Below, one piece after another: positions 17,402 through 27,906 of a stretch of DNA of 64,000 bases. The position numbers and the translations under genes were made by a program. A model generated the notes under the pieces. The model was not told the origin of the DNA, made no database searches, and saw nothing but the letters and a program-made list of their open reading frames with translations. The number at the start of each line of letters is the position of its first letter. Within the stretch, counting starts at the first letter, position 1. This DNA comes from a virus: the IMG/VR virus record IMGVR_UViG_3300030060_003348, positions 5,818 to 69,817 of that record, one strand, 5' to 3'.

Positions 17402-18670
17402 TTATTGTTTTGGTGGGTACATTGCCAACAATTCCTCTTTGGTCATGTTTTTAAATCTGTCAGAAGCCATGCTGACTGGAGCGTAAGTACCGTCAGATTG
17501 CAAAGCGTAAAACTGCTGGGTATTATTCTCTTCGTTTACTTCTTTTTTTATAGCTGTGCTTCTACTGTATTCTTTGTCATATTGTTGTTTTACAAAATTT
17601 GAAAAATAACCAGCCATCAAACCTCTTGTTCTATCTTCATCATAAAGATCGTTGTCAGGATTTGTTAAAGCGTCAGTTATTAAAGCTTGATCAGCTTCAT
17701 TTAATAAAGCTAACTCCTGTTTATCAATTTTACCATCGTTATTTATGTCTATACTACCTTTACCCAACAAGGCTTCGTTTCCAGCCGCATCAGGTCTATT
17801 TGCTAAACTAGGATCAATACCTAGTGATTCATAAGTCATACCGGTTATTTCTGGGTTTGTCTTTATAGCTTCAATAAAAGGTTTGCCATTTTCTAAAACA
17901 TCGTCATGCATTAAAGATTTTAAATTGGCGTTTCTAAGAGTGTTGTCCATTTGAGAAGTAGTTTTAACCATATCAAAAGGTTCTCCTTCTACACCTTCTT
18001 CTTTAAATCTTTTCGCGGCTTCTTTAGCTTTGTCAGAGACGTTTATAGCTTGCTCTCTAATGTTAGACATTGTTTTAAAATCCTGTTTATGCTCGTTCAT
18101 CATTCTTTCTATTTCACTAGTGTTTTTCCACCCTTCAGGAGTTTCAACCTCCATAACCCTTTTACCATCAACCATACTAACTCTTTTTTTAGAGTTGTTA
18201 TTCATAAAAGCGTTAAAAATACCCTGTTCTTTTTCGCTAACAGAATTAGACCAGTCTTTTTGCTCTTGAGCTTCTGCCATAGCTGTGGTTAAGTCCTTTG
18301 TTTGACCTACCAAAGCACCCAACTCATTTTGCTCTTGCATTATCATTCTGTTCTTTTTGTTTTTACCATGAGAAGCGTTATAAGAATATTGATCATGCAT
18401 ACCGCTAACCTCACCTTCGATACAATCATACCAGCTAGTCCCTAAAGAACCTCCTTTTTCTAAAATATCATTAGCTAAATCATCACCTTCTTTTTTCTTT
18501 GCTTTTCTATCAGCAACAATATCTTTAACAGCTTGATCACTTATTTCCATAAGTTTATCCATACCTTTAGCCATACCGTCTTGACCATCTTGAGGTGTTC
18601 CGGCTATAGCGGCATTGTACGCGCCTTGTACTAATGTTTGATCTGCTTGTTTTAATGGTGTTTTACTCAT
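17402..18670 (-). CDS. Internal virion/ejection protein
   Basis: Position in the module, helical composition, EF-hand-like loop DINNDGKIDKQE, N-terminal TPLKQ box. Confidence 0.6.
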   Translation of the reverse strand: MSKTPLKQADQTLVQGAYNAAIAGTPQDGQDGMAKGMDKLMEISDQAVKDIVADRKAKKKEGDDLANDILEKGGSLGTSWYDCIEGEVSGMHDQYSYNASHGKNKKNRMIMQEQNELGALVGQTKDLTTAMAEAQEQKDWSNSVSEKEQGIFNAFMNNNSKKRVSMVDGKRVMEVETPEGWKNTSEIERMMNEHKQDFKTMSNIREQAINVSDKAKEAAKRFKEEGVEGEPFDMVKTTSQMDNTLRNANLKSLMHDDVLENGKPFIEAIKTNPEITGMTYESLGIDPSLANRPDAAGNEALLGKGSIDINNDGKIDKQELALLNEADQALITDALTNPDNDLYDEDRTRGLMAGYFSNFVKQQYDKEYSRSTAIKKEVNEENNTQQFYALQSDGTYAPVSMASDRFKNMTKEELLAMYPPKQ

Positions 18671-18681
18671 AATTATATTTT

Positions 18682-19425
18682 TTAATATCCTGGGTATTCT
18701 CTTTTCTGAAGATCTGGTCCTCCCGTGTTAACGGGTAGTTTCTCCATAGGTAGCTTCTCCATAGGCGTGCTAGGTGTTGGACCTTGAGGTTTACCTTGGA
18801 ACATACCTGCGTCAGCCATACCAGTTAAACCGCCAGCTAACGAACCAGCTGCACCAGTAATACCAGACCACATTTTTGCGTCGGCAGCAGCAACTTTTTG
18901 ACCAGCAGCAGCTGTTTCAGATTGTGCCATACCTAACATAGTTGATACCTTGTTTCTTTCCATATCACGTGACATAATCTCACCTTGTCTTTCCATTCCT
19001 TGTAGTCTTGAAGCTTCACTTCTTTCAGCCATTTGGTTTGACTGCTCTTGCTTACCAATAGATATGGCAGATTTTTGAGCGTCCATACTTCCTTGATTAG
19101 CTAATGTTTGTGCTAAGGCGGCAATACCAGATCCACCAGCAGCACCTTTCATTTGTTGCATTATGTTAGCTTGATTTTGTTGTTGTTGTTGTTTCATAAA
19201 ATCAGCTTCTTGTTGGTTGACCGTTAAGTCTTCCATAGTGTTTTCCATGTTAGCGTAAGGATTACTAGTGTCTAATTTTTCAAACTTTTCTTTTTGTCTT
19301 TGCATTTCCGCCTTTGCCTTTTTTTCTTCTTGCAAGGCTTTTTTCTTTGCTTTAGAACCAGATATAGCTTTAGCTACACCAGCCCCAACACCCACGACAG
19401 CTGCTCCTGCTAGTAAAAAACTCAT
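18682..19425 (-). CDS. Ejection/pilot (DNA transfer) protein
   Basis: Gly/Ala-rich hydrophobic N-terminus and Q/A-rich coiled coil typical of podovirus ejection proteins. Confidence 0.65.
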   Translation of the reverse strand: MSFLLAGAAVVGVGAGVAKAISGSKAKKKALQEEKKAKAEMQRQKEKFEKLDTSNPYANMENTMEDLTVNQQEADFMKQQQQQNQANIMQQMKGAAGGSGIAALAQTLANQGSMDAQKSAISIGKQEQSNQMAERSEASRLQGMERQGEIMSRDMERNKVSTMLGMAQSETAAAGQKVAAADAKMWSGITGAAGSLAGGLTGMADAGMFQGKPQGPTPSTPMEKLPMEKLPVNTGGPDLQKREYPGY

Positions 19426-19428
19426 ATC

Positions 19429-19881
19429 TTATTTATTTTGGTTAATGTATTCTTCATATTCTTTAAAATCTTTTGCTACTATTTCTTTCTCCAACCACTC
19501 TATATCTTGAGAATTAGTAGGGTTTTTATGTATATTTACAAATATACTTTCTTCATGCGCGTATATAACTCTTTTAGTTCCAGGTGTTGCAACAACATAG
19601 CATGGTGATATGTAATCTTCTGTGACTTCTTCTGTAACAACTGAAATACGTCCGGTTAGTAAAAACCAAACATGCAAGTGTTTGTGTATAGCTCCAACAA
19701 CTACAGATCCCGGGTTCATAGACATTTGCCTAACATATATTCCATCTGCAAATGTATGTTTTAATGGAAATATTTTTGAGTCTTGATGAGTAACGATATT
19801 AATCTCATCAGCATTACTAACTAACATCGATTGAAAATCTAAGATTTTCTTTCGAGTAGATAACTTTATATCTTTATTCAT
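19429..19881 (-). CDS. Cupin-fold protein
   Basis: HTFADGIYVRQM...GAIHKHLHVWFLLTG...PGTKR. Confidence 0.65.
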   Translation of the reverse strand: MNKDIKLSTRKKILDFQSMLVSNADEINIVTHQDSKIFPLKHTFADGIYVRQMSMNPGSVVVGAIHKHLHVWFLLTGRISVVTEEVTEDYISPCYVVATPGTKRVIYAHEESIFVNIHKNPTNSQDIEWLEKEIVAKDFKEYEEYINQNK

Positions 19882-19903
19882 ATTAAATTTAATTTATAGT
19901 TAA

Positions 19904-19931
19904 ATAATCACACTTTTTTTGCGTTATTTAC
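19904..19931 (-). promoter_or_regulatory. Class B phage promoter GTAAA-N15-GTGATTAT
   Basis: Conserved spacing; heads the ejection module. Confidence 0.7.
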
Positions 19932-20271
19932 TACTTTCAAATATATCCATACCAACACTAAACAGTTCAGCTTCAGTTGTAGAGTTGTTTACAAACTTAA
20001 CGCTGGCATAATAACCCAACAAACTACTTAAGTTAGCTTTATTATCTTTACTGAACAAAATAAAACTTCCACTAGGAACACTAGCCACTAAGTTGTTTGA
20101 AACTGTAATTGTTTTTGCCGACGTGTTTACTGCTGATATTATACCAACCTCTACAACACTTGATGAGTTTATATTAAACCCACCGGAAGCTGTTGTTGGT
20201 ACATAGTAAGCCGTATCGCCAACTTGACAAGAAACATTTAAGTCGTTTGAAAAAGATAAAGTTATTGGCAT
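19924..20271 (-). CDS. Small tail protein resembling a nozzle C-terminal module
   Basis: Ends LLGYYASVKFVNNSTTEAELFSVGMDIFESSK. Confidence 0.55.
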   Translation of the reverse strand: MPITLSFSNDLNVSCQVGDTAYYVPTTASGGFNINSSSVVEVGIISAVNTSAKTITVSNNLVASVPSGSFILFSKDNKANLSSLLGYYASVKFVNNSTTEAELFSVGMDIFESSK

Positions 20272-20275
20272 ATTG

Positions 20276-23200
20276 CTAATCTGTTGTTATTGTTAAAAAG
20301 TTACCAGTTTTAATAGTTAAGTTACCACCAGTGCTACCAAACTTCGCTAAACTTATTTTACCTGTAAGATTAACTCTAGTATTAGATATTTTTGTTGCTG
20401 TTAAATCTGATATTACCTCAAAACCATTTCTAAATGTTAGTGTAGAACCTTGTGATAAGTTTGCTGTTGTTGCTTTGCTTAGTGTTATAGTTCTTGCGTT
20501 TACATTAGTTACAGTTGTACTAGGCGCAATACCATCACCGTGAACAGTCATACCAGTAGCTATACCATCAATATTTGCAAGATCCATTAATATTGTTGTA
20601 GAACCAGAGGTAGTATCTATAGAAATACCGTGAACATAATCACCACCTATAATATCTTGAATGTCTGGTTGTCTTGCTACAGTAAACGATTTACCAGAAG
20701 TACACTGTAACTCAAGGTGTATTTGTTGTCTTATAGCGTTTTTAGGTGTGCTGTTTCTTTTGCCTATAAAAGCATTACTAATAACGTTACTACCGGAGAA
20801 CATACTCATATCGGTTATCATAGTAGCTGTTATACTAGATGCAAGATTAGTTTGCGATGTTATATCGTAGGTACTACTAGCCGTTGGAAATGCTGCTGAT
20901 AAGCCCAAACCATCACCACCCAAATCAACGCCATACAAGTTGTATGTTAATAAGGTTGCAGAAGCGCTGGCATCTAGTGTTAAATCTATATCGGTATTAC
21001 CATTAACACATGCTATTGTATTAACAACGGGCGTTTCTGATGTAGCCCAAGTGCTTGTCCAAACTAAATCACCTTCTTGCGTAGAACTAGAAAGTGTACA
21101 GTAAGTGTGATTACCCTCGCCACTTGTCGGTTTTTTAATAACTAAACCAACGTTTCCAGCTGCAGAAGAAGATATGTTTAAAGTTACCGTATTGCCAGAT
21201 GTTAAGTGCTGTGGGCTAGCACTGAACAGATTTGCCAAAGTTGGTGGTATTGTTGTTAATATCTCTCTAGCTAAATAGTTTAATCTTACATCATGCAGGT
21301 GTGCACAAAAACCACCCTCACCAGCAGGTGGATCACCAGCTTCCCAACCAACACCCGTAGGTGGAGTATAAAATATTTTTACAACTGTTTGATATATTTT
21401 TGTTGTGTTACCAGATGATGTGTAATAAGTGTTGTCGTAACTAAAACTATAAGAACCAGTCCAAGCAGAGCTTGCTAAATGTGGAAACCAAGAGGCTTCA
21501 CAACCAGTTGTTGGACCACTACCTACCTCTGTTAAATAGTAGCCAGAATCAGCCGTTACAGTATATCTAGCTATTTCTGTAGTTTGACCCTCATTAGCCG
21601 AGCCAGAATGTTTTATAGTAGTCATTGGGTCTGGCAAGTAATTAACATCAGCTGTTTCTGTAAAATTAGCTAAATCTACATGTGCTATAGTAACTCTATC
21701 GTTACCACTAGTTACAGTGCCGCTAGGTATTTCAGAATAACTAACTCTCACACAAGCATCTCTAGCCACAACACCAGGAGGGTTTGAAGTAACTGAAGAA
21801 TCTACATCGCATTTTAAAACCTTATTACCAGCAGCCGGCATTGTATAGTTTTGCCAAAATATTTCACATTTAACCCTGTTTGCTGGGTCGTTAGGTATAC
21901 CAGGAGTTTCGTTAAAAGCAGCGTCTATAAACACATTAGAAAATTCAACTTTAATTATATCAGTATCCGCGTTCATGCTACCACCTTGTGTGTATATATA
22001 TTTTGTTGCGTTACCAGATCCAGATGTTGTAGCTGTACCACCAGGACAACTATAATCTTTAGCAGATAAACTAAGACCACTGTAGTTCTGCACCCAAGCA
22101 CTACCATTCCATTGATACTCATTTGTTATATAACTTGCATAAGAACCAGCTAAAACAGTAGCGCCACCCACAGCGGTCAGCGGCGTTTTAAATAACACTT
22201 TCCAATTTGGATTATCTGCAACGCCCGAATCCCAAGAATTATGATTAGGAGAAGCGTTTCCATTACCAGTATCATTTGTGTGAGTACCTTGTATATATAT
22301 TTTATAAGTCACTCCAGGAGGTGGACCAGTTACAGTAGAGTCATCAAAACCACCTAAACCTTGAACAGAAAACTCTCTTTCATCTAAGTTTGCAAGCTCT
22401 GTAGTTTTACCTTTAACAGTGCTAAAGTATTTACCTTCTTTATTTTTAAACTCTAACAAGCCTGTTTCTTGTAGATTTGTTGTTATGTCTTCAATATACC
22501 AACCAGTTTTATTCCAAAGGTTATAGTATTCAGAGTCATTTAAATTATTAAGAGCTTGGCTAGCAGCGTTCGTTGTGTTTACTTGAGTAAAAGAAGTTAC
22601 CGCCGCCGCGCTACCTTCGTAATTTATTGTTCCAAAACTTTTAACAGAACCAGGTTGATCGTTAAATAGTAACGTAACATCGGAATTGTACTGTGTTCCG
22701 TAGAAATTATTTCTAGTAGAATTAGTATGATGTTGCCATAAGTTTCCTTTATTCCATGTGTAAAACTCATTATTTAAACTAATACCTTGCTCAGGTAAAA
22801 AATCTTTAAAACTAACCCAACCTTTAGATTTTTGACTATATGAAAGTGTTACACCTGTTGGTCTAAATTGCTGTTGCGCTGCTTTTTTCAAAAGAGATAT
22901 ACTGTATTCTTTTTTCTTTTCATCAAACACTCCAACGACAGAGTCTAAGTCCTTCATGTTATCGTTAAAATAATCTTTCATTCCCATGTCGGATATAGAA
23001 ACTATTTGATCTCCTTTCAATGTTAACACATTGCCTCTCATAACATCAGCCCAGTAAAAACCATCTGGATCTGGAGTTAAAGACTCTGGGTTAGTTGATA
23101 TACCATATTCACCAGCAAGTGGAACAGCTTGGCCTAAAACATTATTGGTAGACGTTACGTTAGAATTACCATCAGCATTAAATAAAGCATCTTTGTTTGT

Positions 23201-26200
23201 TAGTATTTTTAAAACTTTATCTTCACAAAAAGCTAAAGTGTTTGTGTTTCTAGCAACCATTTTTTGTATAGTACCATAACCAGGATTTAAGTCTTTTGTT
23301 ATTGGCTCCGCTTGTATAAACTGATTAAGATTGTTTACGCCACTAGTTGAGTTAAATATACCTGACCATATAAAACCACTACTTCTATGCTCTTCAGCAT
23401 AAGGCTCAGATAAAGTCGTGGATGCTTTTACACCATTGTCTATTGTTTTAGCGTTAAAATCATCACGTATTCTATCTGATTCAACACCATTACCAAAAGA
23501 ATAGCAGTTAAACCAACCTAAAACAGTAGGGTTGTGATGAGGCGCCGCATCTGCTTTTGAAACAAAAGTACCTAAATTAATAGCATTATCACCAGTAGTA
23601 AAGTATATGTAAGGTTGACCAGACGCAGCGGCTGTACCACCTGGTTGGTTAGATATTAAGCAGACTCTAGAGCCGTCGTATCTAGTAAAGTAAGACCAGT
23701 GATCATGAGGAAAAGAAGTCGCTAAATTAGGGGAAAGCGTTATTTTACTAACGTGTTTATGTGGAGAATATGAGTTAACAGCCATAACCTTGTATTCAGT
23801 ACCCTGCCAAAACATAGTAGAGCCAAGAGGTAATAACAACTCGTTTTCACTGTGGTCAGGATTTATAGGTATAGCTCCAGAAGCTTCGTAATAAATATCT
23901 AGGCCTACATCTTCTTTTGGTTCTGTTTCCCATATAGCTGGATTATTAGTTAAAAAAGCACCTGCACCACCATCTTCACTTGAAAATATTTGAGGTTCTA
24001 AAAACTCTATTGTTATTCTAGCTGGGTGATTACCACCGCCGGGTTGTGGCCCTAAACCATAAGAGTGACCCGTGCCTAAAGCAGAGTAGTTAATAGGGTT
24101 GTAATGTGTATACGAAGTAAATGGACCACCACCAAACGAACTAGAATATCTAGGTGCCGCGACTAATTGATTAGCAGTGTTTAATTCCAAACCAGTATCA
24201 CTAGTTATAGGGTACCAGTTATGATAGTGACCAATAGGAGCTGTTATAGTTGTTCCAGCCGCATTTGTAACTCCATTTGCTGCAACAATAGCCCCATCAT
24301 ATCTATCACCATCTACTAACATAATTGGATCGCCATCTGGGTCTGGGTTAGGCTTGCTCATTGGAGCGTGTTCGTTTGAATCAAAAACGTGTAAAGGTCC
24401 ACTACCAAACATTTTGTCAACCTTAATTCTCATACTCCACCTGTGATTATCAAAATCATTTAGATTACTGTGCCAATTCCAATGCGGGTCGTCAGAACCG
24501 CCGATTAAACAACCACCACCACCATTGTTAACTTCACTTTCCCAATTACCACTACCATCTTTTCTTGTTCTTGTGAATAAATTAGCCCCCTCACCATCAA
24601 AAAGACTACTTCTTAACCTACCCTGAACACCATCAATTCTAAATACAACTTGTGCCGGATCCTCTTTAAATCTAAAAAGTGTACCTATTGTTCTAAGTCT
24701 ATTATAAGGAACTTGAAATCTATTACCCTGCTCATTAGGACTTCCGTCAAAGTTAGCATAAGACAAGTCTATATAGCCATGCCCATCAATACCAGAACTA
24801 ATACCACCATCATCAGCCTGTGCGTTTTGAGGGAAACTTGCTATAGCATTATATATACCACCTCTATTTATATGTTTTGAAGAAATAGAGTTACCACTAC
24901 CAGCTGGGCCACAATCTTGATCATCAATAAACCATCTAGACCTTGTTGATCTCTGATCACCATCATGCCAGTTTCTCCATTTAGTCCAATACGTTTCATT
25001 AGAACCATCGTGGTCTGACATATAACCAATGTTCATTATATCTGTAACAATATAATCTATTCTTTCTGAAAAAGAAGATAATAATTCTTTTTCCAGTGTT
25101 AAATCTTTTAATATTTTAACAAAAAACCTACCATCAAACTCCGGTTTATCTTCAAATTTATTTTCAAACACCTCTAACCTCATTTGAGTTGTTCTATTCA
25201 AAATAGATATTGGAGAACATTCATCTCCTAAAGGCTCTGAAAGTGTTATTCTAACTCCACCAGAATTATTAGCTATACCAGTAATATCGTAAACCTCACT
25301 AGTTAAAACCGTGCTAGCATCAACACCACCAATTCTTAATTGTAAGTTATCTTTTAAATCTGGCTCGACAACACCACCAAAGCTGTTTAAAAATTGCTGT
25401 TGGTCTAATATAATAAAAGTTCTTCCTTCTTCAGGTAAGCCAGTTGCTTCAAACTCAACAGTTGACATACCATAGGACTTTCTTTTTCTTTTAATAAATA
25501 AAGGCGCCTCGTTACTTATAGCAATAACCTTATATCTTGCAGACTCTGTAACAGGATTATTATTATCGTGTTGTTTTTTAAGTATTAAATAAGTTTCTTG
25601 ATCTACTTTATTTCTTTCCGCAGAAGGAAAACTAATCCAAACATTACCATCTTCAGCATCGTAAAAACGATCCATAGCTAGGTTGTAATATTCGTTAGAA
25701 GTTTCTTTAATATAATACTTCATGTATCTAGCCCACGGCGGCGGATCACCTCCTCCGTTAGATTTTTCTAATATTTTTACTTTTAATCTATTTTGTTTAA
25801 AAGAATCTTTTTTTGGAACAGTTATAGACCCACCTTCAGCAGGAACCATAACTGGACTTTCTCTACCATAATCATCTATCCAAACAACTCCAACCTGATA
25901 AGTTCTCATTGATTTTAAAGACTGTAAGGGTATTTCGTAGTCTTCTATAGAGCTATCTGGAATATTGTAAGCCGAGTGCTGAACGTTTAGTTTTAAAGAA
26001 TCATCTATGTTGTAATTCTGCTTGTAGTTACCATAAACCAACCTGTTAGCAGTTATTTCTTGAGCCTTAGCACATTTAGGAACATTGTCATAAGGTCTCA
26101 ACAATTGGTTAGAAGGAACGACAGCGTGTATCATTTCGCTATCTATTTGAAACTCACCTCTATTTCTCCAATTGCTTTTCATGTCAGGCCAAAGAGGATG

Positions 26201-27898
26201 TCCATCTTTTCTTGACAAAGTTTTCATCGTGTAAACAGTAGTAGACTGTGTTTCTTTGTATAGTAGGTCTATTTCTACAACGTCATCAGGAACTAAACTA
26301 TGTTCGTGAAAATAATTTTTAAGAGTTATGTATCTAACTCTATTTGTCATACCTAGGTTATAACCTTTTTTAGGTAAGTAATCAAAATCACCAGGTAAAA
26401 AGGCTATTTCAGAAAACGGCGCAAAAGCAGAGTATTCACCATCGGTATATCTGTATCTGTATGAAAACCTAGGAAACTTATACTCAAACAAAGGTTTTGT
26501 TTGTTCTAATCTGCTTAACCAGTTTGTCGCTGTTGTAGGCGCTTCAAAATCTATCGACTGTATTTCCGCTGTATAAGGTCCCGACGAAGCATTTGGGTTA
26601 GAGTTGTTAACTGGTCCACTTAGTATTTTTAATCTAGCCTCAACCTTATCTAAGGCAAAGTTATCTTGTGCTAAGGTTAAATCACTAGTTAACATTATAG
26701 TGTCACCAGCTCTATAATCAACAGGGGTTTGTAAATTAAAAGTTACTTGATCACCAACTTCTAAATGTTCTGGCGGACTAGCACCATCTCCAAGGTTTAA
26801 ACTTGTTGTTGTTGCAAAAACTGGATTTTCATCACCGTTAGTATCTTTTCTTTTATTTTCTGTTGTAGACATTTCTACTTCTAAAGGAAATAAAGGGTTT
26901 CTTTTTATAACAGTAATATCAGCTTCTTCTACAAAAACCGGTTTTTCCTCGTTAGAGTCCGTGGCAACTTTAAAAGCGTTAGACACAGACTCATGTTTTC
27001 TACATAATCTAGTATGATAATCATCATTGTTTTCACTTGCGGGCTGAGGGTTGTTTGTCGCGTTTGGCTGGTTATTCCAAAGGTTAGTGTCTATCCAGCC
27101 GTCTAAAGGGTCGTTTCCACATGTACCAGCAAAAGATCTTTCTATATTTATTTTTCTAGGCTCATGATAATTATCAGTCCAGAATATCATTCCATCTAAA
27201 TGATTTATAGCTGTTATTTTTCTATGATGAACAAACTTTAAAACTCTATTAGCAAAAAAAGTCATTGTATCTCCAGCTGTACAGTAAAAATTAGATCCGT
27301 TATTTAACAAGCCACTACTACCACTGTGGTATATTCTATAATTACTTCCTTGTTTTTTAATGTTAGTAACCGTAACACCCCAATTATTATTAATACCAAC
27401 TTGGTTTTGACCAGCTCCATTTGGATCGTTTAAAACACCTTTTAGTTCCATACCTATTCTTATACCTAAAGAATAATAAGTAGGAGCGGCTATTTCAATA
27501 AAATCAGAACTAGCTTGATCAGTAGCTATAGTATGTGTTACAGAATATATATCAACAAATATATAACGGGTTTCTTCTGTTATAGTATTGTATTCTATTA
27601 TATAATCTTTTTTTCTTAAGGGCTCATAATTTTTTGTACCACCACCAGCAATAAAATAATATATTAAATCTTTTTCGGGCAAAGGTAAAACACCTACGCA
27701 AGTAGAATAATCTTCGTTAACAACATTTGCAGTTTTATTAGTGTTTCCTAACAATGTTTGTAAAGAACCAACATTAGAACCATCAGATGTAGCTATTTGT
27801 ATATTTCTAGCGTCACGATACTGGCCGGAAGGTACAACCCTTTCGTCCATATCTTTGTTCATTTTCGCTTGTGAAAAATCTCTTTTTAATTCAGCCAT
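20276..27898 (-). CDS. Tail stabilisation/nozzle (muzzle, P22 gp10-like) protein, 2540 aa
   Basis: N-terminal MNKDMDER..QYRDARNI, FWTDNYHEPRKIN, GNGVESDRIRDDFN, GISTNPES and KEGKYF motifs; follows the adaptor genes. Confidence 0.75.
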   Translation of the reverse strand: MAELKRDFSQAKMNKDMDERVVPSGQYRDARNIQIATSDGSNVGSLQTLLGNTNKTANVVNEDYSTCVGVLPLPEKDLIYYFIAGGGTKNYEPLRKKDYIIEYNTITEETRYIFVDIYSVTHTIATDQASSDFIEIAAPTYYSLGIRIGMELKGVLNDPNGAGQNQVGINNNWGVTVTNIKKQGSNYRIYHSGSSGLLNNGSNFYCTAGDTMTFFANRVLKFVHHRKITAINHLDGMIFWTDNYHEPRKINIERSFAGTCGNDPLDGWIDTNLWNNQPNATNNPQPASENNDDYHTRLCRKHESVSNAFKVATDSNEEKPVFVEEADITVIKRNPLFPLEVEMSTTENKRKDTNGDENPVFATTTSLNLGDGASPPEHLEVGDQVTFNLQTPVDYRAGDTIMLTSDLTLAQDNFALDKVEARLKILSGPVNNSNPNASSGPYTAEIQSIDFEAPTTATNWLSRLEQTKPLFEYKFPRFSYRYRYTDGEYSAFAPFSEIAFLPGDFDYLPKKGYNLGMTNRVRYITLKNYFHEHSLVPDDVVEIDLLYKETQSTTVYTMKTLSRKDGHPLWPDMKSNWRNRGEFQIDSEMIHAVVPSNQLLRPYDNVPKCAKAQEITANRLVYGNYKQNYNIDDSLKLNVQHSAYNIPDSSIEDYEIPLQSLKSMRTYQVGVVWIDDYGRESPVMVPAEGGSITVPKKDSFKQNRLKVKILEKSNGGGDPPPWARYMKYYIKETSNEYYNLAMDRFYDAEDGNVWISFPSAERNKVDQETYLILKKQHDNNNPVTESARYKVIAISNEAPLFIKRKRKSYGMSTVEFEATGLPEEGRTFIILDQQQFLNSFGGVVEPDLKDNLQLRIGGVDASTVLTSEVYDITGIANNSGGVRITLSEPLGDECSPISILNRTTQMRLEVFENKFEDKPEFDGRFFVKILKDLTLEKELLSSFSERIDYIVTDIMNIGYMSDHDGSNETYWTKWRNWHDGDQRSTRSRWFIDDQDCGPAGSGNSISSKHINRGGIYNAIASFPQNAQADDGGISSGIDGHGYIDLSYANFDGSPNEQGNRFQVPYNRLRTIGTLFRFKEDPAQVVFRIDGVQGRLRSSLFDGEGANLFTRTRKDGSGNWESEVNNGGGGCLIGGSDDPHWNWHSNLNDFDNHRWSMRIKVDKMFGSGPLHVFDSNEHAPMSKPNPDPDGDPIMLVDGDRYDGAIVAANGVTNAAGTTITAPIGHYHNWYPITSDTGLELNTANQLVAAPRYSSSFGGGPFTSYTHYNPINYSALGTGHSYGLGPQPGGGNHPARITIEFLEPQIFSSEDGGAGAFLTNNPAIWETEPKEDVGLDIYYEASGAIPINPDHSENELLLPLGSTMFWQGTEYKVMAVNSYSPHKHVSKITLSPNLATSFPHDHWSYFTRYDGSRVCLISNQPGGTAAASGQPYIYFTTGDNAINLGTFVSKADAAPHHNPTVLGWFNCYSFGNGVESDRIRDDFNAKTIDNGVKASTTLSEPYAEEHRSSGFIWSGIFNSTSGVNNLNQFIQAEPITKDLNPGYGTIQKMVARNTNTLAFCEDKVLKILTNKDALFNADGNSNVTSTNNVLGQAVPLAGEYGISTNPESLTPDPDGFYWADVMRGNVLTLKGDQIVSISDMGMKDYFNDNMKDLDSVVGVFDEKKKEYSISLLKKAAQQQFRPTGVTLSYSQKSKGWVSFKDFLPEQGISLNNEFYTWNKGNLWQHHTNSTRNNFYGTQYNSDVTLLFNDQPGSVKSFGTINYEGSAAAVTSFTQVNTTNAASQALNNLNDSEYYNLWNKTGWYIEDITTNLQETGLLEFKNKEGKYFSTVKGKTTELANLDEREFSVQGLGGFDDSTVTGPPPGVTYKIYIQGTHTNDTGNGNASPNHNSWDSGVADNPNWKVLFKTPLTAVGGATVLAGSYASYITNEYQWNGSAWVQNYSGLSLSAKDYSCPGGTATTSGSGNATKYIYTQGGSMNADTDIIKVEFSNVFIDAAFNETPGIPNDPANRVKCEIFWQNYTMPAAGNKVLKCDVDSSVTSNPPGVVARDACVRVSYSEIPSGTVTSGNDRVTIAHVDLANFTETADVNYLPDPMTTIKHSGSANEGQTTEIARYTVTADSGYYLTEVGSGPTTGCEASWFPHLASSAWTGSYSFSYDNTYYTSSGNTTKIYQTVVKIFYTPPTGVGWEAGDPPAGEGGFCAHLHDVRLNYLAREILTTIPPTLANLFSASPQHLTSGNTVTLNISSSAAGNVGLVIKKPTSGEGNHTYCTLSSSTQEGDLVWTSTWATSETPVVNTIACVNGNTDIDLTLDASASATLLTYNLYGVDLGGDGLGLSAAFPTASSTYDITSQTNLASSITATMITDMSMFSGSNVISNAFIGKRNSTPKNAIRQQIHLELQCTSGKSFTVARQPDIQDIIGGDYVHGISIDTTSGSTTILMDLANIDGIATGMTVHGDGIAPSTTVTNVNARTITLSKATTANLSQGSTLTFRNGFEVISDLTATKISNTRVNLTGKISLAKFGSTGGNLTIKTGNFLTITTD

Positions 27899-27906
27899 GT
27901 TTTATT

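Noticed and set aside
18733-18764. PMEKLPMEKLP 15-bp tandem duplication
   Set aside because: Only two copies in a low-complexity tail; likely neutral slippage.
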